A DNA stretch of 29,487 nucleotides from contig JALRGB010000124.1 of assembly GCA_023253575.1 (NCBI GenBank), forward strand, positions 1-29,487, read 5' to 3'. The position numbers and the translations under genes are program-made. How positions within the stretch are numbered: position 1 is the stretch's first letter; each line of letters starts with the position of its first letter. This DNA comes from Verrucomicrobiales bacterium. GTDB lineage: Bacteria; Verrucomicrobiota; Verrucomicrobiia; Verrucomicrobiales; V1-33. The notes below the pieces were generated by a model. The model saw only the letters and a program-made list of their open reading frames with translations, made no database searches and was not told the DNA's origin. Shown in pieces: positions 16,987 through 25,563 of the stretch.

Positions 16987-18873
16987 ATGTCCACTCCGCG
17001 CCCCGCCGCCTCGTGGCGCTCGTCGCGCCAAATCTACCAGCAGTTCCGGCACGACCTGAAACATCCTCCCACCACCGACCCCCCAACCACAACGGCCACA
17101 GCCGCCACGCCGTCCACCACCCGTCGCGAGAATTTCCGCGCCTACCTAAAGGTCGTCTTCCTCTTCCGCTGGCAAATCGCTGCCATCCTCGGCCTCGCCG
17201 TCGTCGTTTCAGTCCTCGAAGTCTACCAGCCACGCCTGATCGGCGAGGCCATCGACCAAATCCTACAAAATCCGGCTCTCTCCACCGCCGAGAAAAACCG
17301 CCAGCTCCTCCACATCGTGCTCATGCTGCTAGGCATGGTGGTCATAGCCCGGGCGCTTGATTCATGGCGCGATTACCGGACCCACCGGCTCAACGCCCGT
17401 GTCCTCTCGCGCCTGCGACGGCTGCTCTACGGCCACCTCCTTCGTTTCCCGCTGGCCCGCATCCACGACCTCAAAACCGGCGGCATCGTCTCGCGGTTAA
17501 CCGGCGATCTGGAAGCGCTGACCGGTCTGGTTCAAATGGCATTTATCTCGCCCCTCGTGGCCGTGCTGCGCGTCGGGTTCGCCTTCTTCATCGTCTGGCA
17601 GTGGAATCCACGGCTCGCCCTCATCCTCGTCTGCCTACTCGGCCCCATGGCTTTCGCCTCGTTCCTCTGGATCGGCCCCATCCGCCAGGTCTGGCACTTC
17701 TACTTCAAACGCAAAGGAGAACTAGACTCGCGCATCAGCGAAACATTCGGCGGCGTGCGCGTCGTGCGCGCCTTCCAACGCGAAAATGCCGAGGAATTAC
17801 GCTATGCCGCCAGCCAGCACGCCCTCGCCCGCCTCAACCTGCATGCCGTCCGCTACACCAGCATCGTCCACATCCTCTGGAGCGTGCTCATCCCTCTGGC
17901 CAATGTCGCCGTCCTCTTCTTCGGTGGTCGCATGCTCTTCGACGGCACCGCCAGCATCGGCCAAATCACCGGCATGATGGGGTTCACCGGCATGCTCATG
18001 GGCCCCGTCTACATGATCGTCCAAACCTTCGGAGACCTGCAAAAAAGCCTCGCCGCCGTAGACCGCGTCTTCGATCACCTCCGCGAACCAGATGAACTCA
18101 ACGACCCGCCCAATGCCGTGGACGCACCTTCCATCGTGCGCGAAATCACTTTCGAGGCGGTTGATTTTAGCTACTCCGACGATCGCAAAATCATCCACGA
18201 TTTCTCGCTGGTCGTACCCGCCGGATCCACTGTGGCCCTCGTCGGCGCCAGCGGTGCCGGCAAAACCACCATCGCCGATCTCGTCGCCCGGTTCTACCGT
18301 CCCACCAACGGCCACATCCGCCTCAATGGCATCCCGCTGGAAAACATCCGACTCCACAGCTACCGCCGCCTGCTCGGCATCGTCAGCCAAGATACATTTC
18401 TGTTCGATGGCACCATCGCCGAAAATCTGGCCTACGGCCGACCCAAGGCCACCCGCGAGGAAATCATCGCCGCCGCCCGCCAGGCCCATGCCGACGAATT
18501 CATCGCCGACCTGCCCCAAGGATATGACACCCCGATCGGAGAACGCGGCACCCGCCTCTCCGGCGGCCAGCGCCAGCGGCTCAGCATCGCCCGCGCCATC
18601 GTCGCCGATCCACAAATCCTCATCCTCGACGAAGCCACCAGCGCCCTCGACACCCACAGCGAACGCCTCATCCAAGAAGCCTTAGAAAAACTCGAGGTCG
18701 GCCGCACCACCTTCACCATCGCGCACCGCCTCAGCACCATCGCCCGCGCCGAAATCATCGCCGTCCTCGACAAAGGCCGCCTCGTCGAATGCGGGACCCA
18801 TGCCGCCCTGATGGAAATGCGCGGCCGGTATTGGCACATGGTTGAACAACAACGCGAAGGCTTAGGTGACTAA
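16987..18873 (+). CDS. ABC exporter, fused permease and ATPase (MsbA-like half transporter)
   Basis: TM domain, then Walker A GASGAGKT, signature LSGGQ, Walker B ILILDEAT and IAHRLS. Start inferred at ATG 16987. Confidence 0.93.
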   Translation: MSTPRPAASWRSSRQIYQQFRHDLKHPPTTDPPTTTATAATPSTTRRENFRAYLKVVFLFRWQIAAILGLAVVVSVLEVYQPRLIGEAIDQILQNPALSTAEKNRQLLHIVLMLLGMVVIARALDSWRDYRTHRLNARVLSRLRRLLYGHLLRFPLARIHDLKTGGIVSRLTGDLEALTGLVQMAFISPLVAVLRVGFAFFIVWQWNPRLALILVCLLGPMAFASFLWIGPIRQVWHFYFKRKGELDSRISETFGGVRVVRAFQRENAEELRYAASQHALARLNLHAVRYTSIVHILWSVLIPLANVAVLFFGGRMLFDGTASIGQITGMMGFTGMLMGPVYMIVQTFGDLQKSLAAVDRVFDHLREPDELNDPPNAVDAPSIVREITFEAVDFSYSDDRKIIHDFSLVVPAGSTVALVGASGAGKTTIADLVARFYRPTNGHIRLNGIPLENIRLHSYRRLLGIVSQDTFLFDGTIAENLAYGRPKATREEIIAAARQAHADEFIADLPQGYDTPIGERGTRLSGGQRQRLSIARAIVADPQILILDEATSALDTHSERLIQEALEKLEVGRTTFTIAHRLSTIARAEIIAVLDKGRLVECGTHAALMEMRGRYWHMVEQQREGLGD

Positions 18874-18893
18874 ATAAGCCCTTCGCCAACGCA

Positions 18894-20354
18894 TCACCGC
18901 ATCACCACCACCATCACGGCAAAAAGTGTGCCGTTATTGAGAGCATGAGCCGTCATGGAAGCGATGACCGACCCCCGCCATTCCCGCAACAACGCCATCA
19001 CCAAGCCCACCGCACCCAGCGCCGGGATCGCCGTCCATCCTTGCGGATGCACCGCAGCAAAAATCACGCCTGTGCCCACGCCAGCCACCCATCGGCCACC
19101 ACTCTGGCGCCAAGCCGAATAAAAAGCCCCGCGAAAAAACGTCTCTTCCACCACCGGCGCCCAGACCGCCGCCAAAAACCCGAGAAAAGCCAGCGCGGGA
19201 GCTGAAACTCCGGTCAAATGATTGAGCGGATGGGTGGCGTCCGCTCGGGTCACCAGCGTCAAAGCCATGGTCAGCCCGACACCCACAGCAATGATCGGCA
19301 ACCCGGCACAATAACCAAACAGCCCGGCCCCGACTTCCCGCATCACCCCCCGGCCTCGTCGCCACCCCAGCGCCACCATCCACTCGGCCCAAGTCACCCC
19401 GCGCCACCGCGGCCAGACCGCCCCCAGCACCGCCGCCCCGGCAAAAGCCGCCGCTTGCGGCCAAGGCGCCCAGCCCGAAGGCAACCCATCCGCCACCAAC
19501 CCGCCCACCACCATCACCCCCAAATAAACCGCAAAAGTTTCCAACCACACCGATCCGCCCCGCGCCGCCACCCGCCCGCGGTCCCACGCGTCAAACGCCC
19601 ACACCCAGCGCCCGGTCGCCCGTCGCACCAACGCCCAGAGGGCCAGCCCACTCCCAAGCACAAAGGCCCCCAACACCCCGCACGCCAGCATCACACTCCC
19701 CAGAAATGTGCGCCGCGCCTCTCCCAGCACCACCCGCCGCGAGGGTTCGCCCTCCGGCCACCCCCGGCTGAGCGCCAATCGCCCGACCCATCCAAACCTC
19801 TCCCGAAACCGCGCACGATCGTCGTCCGACAGCTCATCCGCCCCCACCCCGCCCTCCGCCACCGCCCGTCTGACCACCGCCAACGTCTCCCAGTCACGCC
19901 GGTCATCCTCATCCACAAACACCACCGGAAAATCCGCCGCCAACGCCTCGTCCCCAAGAATCTCCCACCGCAAAATCGCCAATGACACCCGCTGCCGCGA
20001 GGATTGAGCCGCCTCCGCCACCGCCCACAACCAACGTTCCTTCGACTCGCCGCCCGCCACCAACACCGGTCCGACTATCTCATTCATCCCCACTAAATAT
20101 CGCGCCCCCAGCTCCGCCTCAATCCGACTCACCCGGGTCCCGCCCGCCGCCGCCTCCGCACGCGCCATCTCGGATTTGTCCATCACCACCCGCCCCATCG
20201 CCAACACCACACTCACGCCAATCACCACCGCCGCCACCCAGCCAGCGGCCACCGAACCCGTCTTGCGCGTCGAAATCACCCGCTCCTCCGCCCCCGGCGA
20301 GGAAGAGAATAGCGGAGGCCCCCCACCAGACGGATCATCATTCATACCCGTCAC
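18894..20354 (-). CDS. CPBP (CAAX/Abi) intramembrane metalloprotease with large N-terminal soluble domain
   Basis: C-terminal APVVEETFFRG, FAAVH and HALNN motifs; several TM segments. Start may be 20345. Confidence 0.88.
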   Translation of the reverse strand: MTGMNDDPSGGGPPLFSSSPGAEERVISTRKTGSVAAGWVAAVVIGVSVVLAMGRVVMDKSEMARAEAAAGGTRVSRIEAELGARYLVGMNEIVGPVLVAGGESKERWLWAVAEAAQSSRQRVSLAILRWEILGDEALAADFPVVFVDEDDRRDWETLAVVRRAVAEGGVGADELSDDDRARFRERFGWVGRLALSRGWPEGEPSRRVVLGEARRTFLGSVMLACGVLGAFVLGSGLALWALVRRATGRWVWAFDAWDRGRVAARGGSVWLETFAVYLGVMVVGGLVADGLPSGWAPWPQAAAFAGAAVLGAVWPRWRGVTWAEWMVALGWRRGRGVMREVGAGLFGYCAGLPIIAVGVGLTMALTLVTRADATHPLNHLTGVSAPALAFLGFLAAVWAPVVEETFFRGAFYSAWRQSGGRWVAGVGTGVIFAAVHPQGWTAIPALGAVGLVMALLREWRGSVIASMTAHALNNGTLFAVMVVVMR

Positions 20355-20437
20355 TCCATCGTGGCTCCACCCACCCCAGAAAACATGGACGTAATCCGTT
20401 CATGACAGTCAAATTACTCCAGATCGCACCCCAACCC

Positions 20438-20815
20438 CTACGGAATCGCCATCTCAAAACGCGGAATCCGCGTCAAAACCGGCACCCCATCATCCGTCAC
20501 CGCCAGAAAACTGCCCACCGCCGAACTGTCCATCGCCACCACATGGTAGCTGTTATAAGAAAACTCCTCGCCAGGACGCAGATACGGCGTTTGTCCCACG
20601 ACACCATCCCCTTCGACGACCAATTTGTCGCGGTTTTTCGATTCAATCACCCACTTTCGGCCCTTCACGGTCAGGGGAACCTTCGATTTGTTGGAAATGG
20701 TAATAAAGTACACGAAGGCGTACGGACGATCCGGGGGAGTCTCGAGGCTATCCATGTAGATGACCTCGTCCACCGTCGCCGTAAATCCCGGAAGCTCTTG
20801 TGCCTTCATGACCAC
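20438..20815 (-). CDS. apaG: ApaG domain protein
   Basis: YAFVYFITISN, RKWVI, VEGDGVVGQTPYLRPGEEFSYNS. Confidence 0.93.
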   Translation of the reverse strand: MVMKAQELPGFTATVDEVIYMDSLETPPDRPYAFVYFITISNKSKVPLTVKGRKWVIESKNRDKLVVEGDGVVGQTPYLRPGEEFSYNSYHVVAMDSSAVGSFLAVTDDGVPVLTRIPRFEMAIP

Positions 20816-20933
20816 GCGTGACGACCTTCCGTGCGGCCACGCTCAGACGCAAGCAGAAGAAAACAATTGCCGCATCTTCGACCGCGGAGGATCGCCCTTT
20901 CGCCCGGCCAGCTTTCAGTTACAGCTTCAAGCT

Positions 20934-21746
20934 ATGTCCCCGTTGCTCACTACCCCACCCGTCGCCCTCAGTATCGCTGGTTCTGATTGTTCCGCCGGCG
21001 CCGGTTTGCAGGCAGATTTAAAGACGTTTTCTGCACTTCGAGTGTATGGCCTCACAGCGGTAACTTGCGTCGTCGCGGAGGTTCCGGGCAGAGTGACGCG
21101 CGTTCAAGCCGTTGATAAAGATATTGTTGAAGAACAACTTCGTCTGCTTTTAGGCGCTTTTCCAGTGACGGCCATCAAGACTGGCATGCTGTGGTCCGCC
21201 TCGACGATCCGCCTCATCGCCCGCGTCCTCGACTCCCTGCCACGCACCCGTCGCCCGTGGTTAATCGTCGACCCGGTCATGGTCGCCACCAGTGGCGACA
21301 GCCTGATCGAGGAAGATGCCGTGACGGCGTACCGCGAGGCACTTTTTCCCCAGGCCGACCTCATTACTCCCAACATGGACGAGGCCGCCACCCTGCTGGG
21401 GCAAGCCATCAGCCGTGAGGAAGACCTCGCCGGCGCCGCTCACACCCTGATGAAAACCCTCGGAGCCCCGGTCCTGCTCAAGGGCGGCCACCTGCGCGGA
21501 GAAACCGCTCTCGATGTATTTCAGCCGCTCGAGGGGCCAGCTCAACTGTTCTCCGGACCCTACTTTCACGGCGTCAGTACCCATGGCACCGGCTGTACTC
21601 TAAGCGCCGCCATCGCCGCCAGTCTCGCCCAAGGCCAAACCATGCCCGAAGCCATCAGTACAGCTAAAACATTCGTATCCAATGCTATACGAACACTGTG
21701 TCGTTGGAATGGAGTCGATGCACTTAACCACAATGGCCTGACCTGA
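20934..21746 (+). CDS. thiD: Hydroxymethylpyrimidine/phosphomethylpyrimidine kinase
   Basis: SIAGSDCSAGAGLQADLKTF, IKTGML, VDPVMVATSG, TPNMDEA, KGGH, HGTGCTLSAAIA. Confidence 0.95.
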   Translation: MSPLLTTPPVALSIAGSDCSAGAGLQADLKTFSALRVYGLTAVTCVVAEVPGRVTRVQAVDKDIVEEQLRLLLGAFPVTAIKTGMLWSASTIRLIARVLDSLPRTRRPWLIVDPVMVATSGDSLIEEDAVTAYREALFPQADLITPNMDEAATLLGQAISREEDLAGAAHTLMKTLGAPVLLKGGHLRGETALDVFQPLEGPAQLFSGPYFHGVSTHGTGCTLSAAIAASLAQGQTMPEAISTAKTFVSNAIRTLCRWNGVDALNHNGLT

Positions 21747-21770
21747 GGCCCTCCGTCCCCCCATCCGTCG

Positions 21771-22322
21771 ATGCACACCACCTTGATCGCCGCCCACGAC
21801 GAAGACGGCGCCATCGGCCGCCACTCCGGCGGCTTGCCTTGGCACCTGCCCGACGAAACCGCTCACTTCCGAGCCTACTGCCAAGACAAATGGCTCATCG
21901 TCGGACGCCAGACGTTCAACGAAATGCTCGGCTGGTTTCAACCCGGCCACCACATCATCGTCCTCACCAGCAACCACCACCCACTCCCGGCCCTGCCGCA
22001 TCCCGACATCCACGTCGAATCCGCTCGCAGCATGGAGGACGCCCAGACCCGCGCCCTCCAGTCAGGCGCCGCCGAAATCGTCGTCATCGGCGGCGCCCGC
22101 ACCTACGCCGCCGCCCTGCCCGCCGCCACCCGCCTCGTCCTCACCACCGTCCACCTCCACAGCCAAGCCACCGTCCTGTTTCCCCCCGTCTCATGGAACC
22201 AATGGCGCCGGACCCACACCAGCCACCGCCGCCAGGATACCTCAACAACCGTAGAGTTTACCATCGACACATGGGAACGAATCGAAAACACCCATCCCCA
22301 GCAGGCCGCCATAGCCCCATAA
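21771..22322 (+). CDS. folA: Dihydrofolate reductase-family protein (divergent)
   Basis: LIAA..IG..LPWHLP, GRQTF, IIVLTS, VIGGARTY, LVLT, LFP. Confidence 0.85.
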   Translation: MHTTLIAAHDEDGAIGRHSGGLPWHLPDETAHFRAYCQDKWLIVGRQTFNEMLGWFQPGHHIIVLTSNHHPLPALPHPDIHVESARSMEDAQTRALQSGAAEIVVIGGARTYAAALPAATRLVLTTVHLHSQATVLFPPVSWNQWRRTHTSHRRQDTSTTVEFTIDTWERIENTHPQQAAIAP

Positions 22323-22418
22323 GCCCCACCACACCGCCCGAAAACAACCGCCTCCCCCAGAAAAACCCGGATTCTCAGACGTCCATCATAGAAAACATCA
22401 CAACTCACCAAAATTCCC

Positions 22419-22446
22419 TTGCGGGCGGCTCCGAGGCAATTATCAT
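22419..22446 (+). promoter_or_regulatory. Candidate sigma70 promoter for tRNA-Asp (TTGCGG-N16-TATCAT)
   Basis: Hexamers at 22419-22424 and 22441-22446, followed by a leader hairpin CCCGGA/TCCGGG. Confidence 0.6.
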
Positions 22447-22491
22447 TCGTCCCACCCGGACCACAAATTCCGGGAGCGTTTCTTCGGTAGA

Positions 22492-22568
22492 GGAGCGGTA
22501 GCTCAGTTGGTTAGAGCGCAGCCCTGTCACGGCTGAGGTCGCGGGTTCGAGCCCCGTCCGCTCCGCCA
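22492..22568 (+). tRNA. tRNA-Asp (GTC)
   Basis: 77-nt cloverleaf: acceptor GGAGCGG/CCGCTCC, anticodon arm CAGCC-CTGTCAC-GGCTG, T-loop GTTCGAG, encoded CCA. Confidence 0.98.
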
Positions 22569-22985
22569 AGAAAACGCCCAATTATTACTAGCTTGTTGAG
22601 CCGGTCGTCGCTTGAGCGACGGTGTCAGCCTCATCTTTAAAGCTCACTCCAGTCCCTGCTTCCACATAGGTTGCATTTTTTGTCCTCCTTCATACCACGT
22701 TGGCTTTGCGTCCGGAACGATCGCACGCCTTGGGTGTCATCAACCGCTGACTTAAAGACGTGATCGATTGACGAAGCACCGATCACTCTTTTGGCATGGC
22801 GGCTTCCGTGGATGCGCCCGCCCATCCCAGTACCCGACCGCCATAGAAAAAATCGTCGAGACCCTTCACCGTCCACTCGTCCACTCGCGTCGTACTGCCA
22901 CTATTGAGTCAAAGTGTCGCAGATAAAAAGCCACTTTGTCTCTGTAGAATCCCTGCCAGTTTCTCCTCGTCACGAGAGATCCTTT

Positions 22986-23014
22986 CTGGCATGAAAAATG
23001 AAGCTGGGTAAACT
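22986..23014 (+). promoter_or_regulatory. Candidate lon promoter (CTGGCA-N17-TAAACT)
   Basis: Hexamers at 22986-22991 and 23009-23014. A second TAGAAT lies at 22945-22950. Confidence 0.4.
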
Positions 23015-23028
23015 CTATCACCACTCAC

Positions 23029-25443
23029 ATGCCACCCATCCTGCTGACCATTGAACAGTCCACCCGCTCGGATATGGCCGGAGACGGTCTCATTCAGGTC
23101 GTCGCCAATGCCGAAAAGGCCGCTGCCGCGGAGCAGGTGCACCCGGCCTCGCTGCCAGTCCTCCCTATCCGAAATTCAGTCCTTTTCCCCGGCGCCATCG
23201 TGCCGCTCACCATCGGCCGCGAATCATCGCGCCGATTGCTCGATTCTCTGCCCGCGGAAAATGGATGGGTGGCCGTCTTCACCCAGAAAACCACCGAAAA
23301 AGAGGAAGCCGGCCCCGAAGACCTCCACCCCACCGGCGTGGCCGCCCAAGTCCTGCGCGTCGTGAAAAATGACGACTCCGTCGTCGCCATCGTTTCAGCC
23401 CGCGAACGCATCCGCCTGCGCCAAACCATCGCCACCGAGCCGTTCCTCACCATCGAAGCGGAGTACCTGACCACCCGCCCTCACCCCGACTCCCCCACTT
23501 GGGAGGCTGCCGTCGTCTCACTGCGCGACTCCGCCCTCAAACTCCTGTCCATGAAAACCGAGGTGCCCGATCAAGTCGCTGCCTTCGTGCGCGACTTGGG
23601 AGACGGTGGCAAATTAGCGGATTTCGTCGCCGGCGGATTGGAGGTCGAAACTACCGAGAAACAAGCCGTCCTCGATGAACTAGATCCATTTAAGCGAGTC
23701 AAGCTATCGCAGCGGCTGGTCGGCAAACAACTCAAAATCGCTACTATCTCGGACAAAATACAACAGGACGTCCAATCGCAGTTCACTGATGCCCAACGGA
23801 AAGCGTGGCTCCATGAACAAATGCGGGCCATCCAAAAAGAACTTGGCGATGGCAGCGACAGCGAAAAATCTGCCGCACAGGAACTGCGGGAGAAAATAGA
23901 AGCCGCCGCGCCTCCGGAACTCGTGCTCGAACAAGCCGCCCGGGAATTAAAGCGCCTCGAGTCCATCCCGGAAGGCAGCCCGGAATATGGCGTCATTTCG
24001 ACGTACCTCGAAACTATCGCCTCTCTGCCGTGGAACGTCGAAACCGAGGATCACTTAGATCTGAAACGCGCACGGCGTATTCTTGACCACGACCATCATG
24101 GTTTGGAAAAGGTCAAACGCCGGCTACTGGAGCATCTCGCGGTGCGGAAGCTCAACCCGAACGGTCACCCCCCTATTTTGTGCCTGCTCGGCCCGCCCGG
24201 TGTGGGCAAGACCAGCTTGGGCCAGTCGATTGCCGACGCACTCGGGAGGTCGTTTGTCCGGGTCAGTTTGGGCGGGGTGCGGGACGAGTCTGACATCCGA
24301 GGTCACCGCCGAACCTACATCGGGGCCATGCCAGGCCGCCTCATCAATGAAATCCGGCGCGCTGGCACCCGGAATCCGGTGATTCTGCTCGACGAAGTGG
24401 ACAAGCTGGGGCGCGATTTCCGCGGCGACCCGTCCAGCGCTTTGCTCGAGGTCCTCGACCCCAAACAAAACCATACGTTCACCGACCATTACCTAGACGT
24501 CCCCTTCGACCTGTCACAGGTCATGTTCATCGCGACCGCCAATGATCTGGGACCGATCCCCGGCCCACTGCGGGACCGCCTCGAGGTCGTCGAACTCAGC
24601 AGCTACACCGAACGAGAAAAACTCGTCATCGCCCGCCGCTACCTCGTTCCGCGCCAACGCAAAGAACATGGATTGAAAAAATCTCAGTGCGATTTCACCC
24701 CCGAAGCGCTCCGCTTCGTCATCTCGCACTACACCCGCGAGGCCGGTGTGCGCGAACTCGAACGACAGATCGCCTCGCTCTGCCGCGCCGTGGCCGCTCG
24801 CATCGCCAGTGACGACAGTACCGGCGAAATCATCAACCCCACCGTCGTCGAAAAAGAATTGGGACCACCCAAATTTCTCCACGATGAGAAACTCGACACC
24901 CCGCGCCTCGGCATCGTCACCGGACTGGCGTGGACTTCCGTCGGGGGCGAACTGCTCCACATCGAGGCCCTGCGGTTTCCAGGCAAAGGCCACGTCCAGC
25001 TGACCGGACAACTAGGCGAGGTCATGAAAGAATCTGTTCAGGCCGCTTGGAGCTTGTTGCGCAGCCGCGGCGCCGGCCTCGGCATCGGCCGTGATGCCTT
25101 CGCCGAACACGATGTCCACGTCCACGTACCAGCCGGAGCCACCCCCAAGGACGGACCCAGCGCAGGCGTTGCCATGTTCACCGCTCTCGCCAGCCAGTTC
25201 ACCGGCCGCCCAGTCCGCGCTGATGTAGCCATGACCGGCGAAATCAGCCTGCGCGGTGCCGTCCTCCCGATCGGAGGACTCAAAGAAAAATTGCTCGCCG
25301 CCGTGCGCGCCGGCATAAAAACCGTGCTCATCCCGCATGAAAATGAAAAAGACCTCGTCGACCTTCCCACCGAGGCCCGACGCAAATTAAAAGTCATTCC
25401 GGTGCACACCGTGGATGACGTGCTGGCCCACGCGCTGGTTTGA
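23029..25443 (+). CDS. lon: ATP-dependent Lon protease (endopeptidase La)
   Basis: Lon N domain (LPVLPIRNSVLFPG), Walker A GPPGVGKT, RGHRRTYIGAMPG, LLDEVDK, catalytic PKDGPSAG and downstream Lys (GGLKEK). Start 23029 or 23074. Confidence 0.97.
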   Translation: MPPILLTIEQSTRSDMAGDGLIQVVANAEKAAAAEQVHPASLPVLPIRNSVLFPGAIVPLTIGRESSRRLLDSLPAENGWVAVFTQKTTEKEEAGPEDLHPTGVAAQVLRVVKNDDSVVAIVSARERIRLRQTIATEPFLTIEAEYLTTRPHPDSPTWEAAVVSLRDSALKLLSMKTEVPDQVAAFVRDLGDGGKLADFVAGGLEVETTEKQAVLDELDPFKRVKLSQRLVGKQLKIATISDKIQQDVQSQFTDAQRKAWLHEQMRAIQKELGDGSDSEKSAAQELREKIEAAAPPELVLEQAARELKRLESIPEGSPEYGVISTYLETIASLPWNVETEDHLDLKRARRILDHDHHGLEKVKRRLLEHLAVRKLNPNGHPPILCLLGPPGVGKTSLGQSIADALGRSFVRVSLGGVRDESDIRGHRRTYIGAMPGRLINEIRRAGTRNPVILLDEVDKLGRDFRGDPSSALLEVLDPKQNHTFTDHYLDVPFDLSQVMFIATANDLGPIPGPLRDRLEVVELSSYTEREKLVIARRYLVPRQRKEHGLKKSQCDFTPEALRFVISHYTREAGVRELERQIASLCRAVAARIASDDSTGEIINPTVVEKELGPPKFLHDEKLDTPRLGIVTGLAWTSVGGELLHIEALRFPGKGHVQLTGQLGEVMKESVQAAWSLLRSRGAGLGIGRDAFAEHDVHVHVPAGATPKDGPSAGVAMFTALASQFTGRPVRADVAMTGEISLRGAVLPIGGLKEKLLAAVRAGIKTVLIPHENEKDLVDLPTEARRKLKVIPVHTVDDVLAHALV

Positions 25444-25460
25444 CCATCCCCCCGGCGGAC

Positions 25461-25498
25461 CGCCCTCCGCTTCAGCGCCCGCCCTCCGCTTCAGCGCC
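25461..25498. repeat. Exact 19-bp tandem duplication (CGCCCTCCGCTTCAGCGCC x2)
   Basis: Copies at 25461-25479 and 25480-25498, between lon and the acyltransferase. Confidence 0.9.
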
Positions 25499-25530
25499 TT
25501 CTCTTCGCGCCCTCTACCACGAGCAGGAGG

Positions 25531-25558
25531 TTGTCCGATCCGGTCTGCGAGCTAACAT
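25531..25558 (+). promoter_or_regulatory. Candidate sigma70 promoter (TTGTCC-N16-TAACAT)
   Basis: The -10 ends 5 nt before ATG 25564. Confidence 0.5.
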
Positions 25559-25563
25559 GCCCG

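Noticed and set aside
17797-18675. 292-aa antisense ORF over the ABC ATPase
   Set aside because: Typical shadow ORF of a GC-rich ABC gene; the sense frame has all canonical motifs.
20816-20933. TPP riboswitch upstream of thiD
   Set aside because: No GCTGAGA or CCTGA...AATGC...GCGTAGG core present.
22637-22876. 79-aa minus-strand ORF with a CxxC motif
   Set aside because: No recognisable family, atypical composition and no clear start signal.
22894-22920. CIRCE/HrcA box upstream of lon
   Set aside because: Only about 4-5 of 9 matches per arm and the spacing is wrong.
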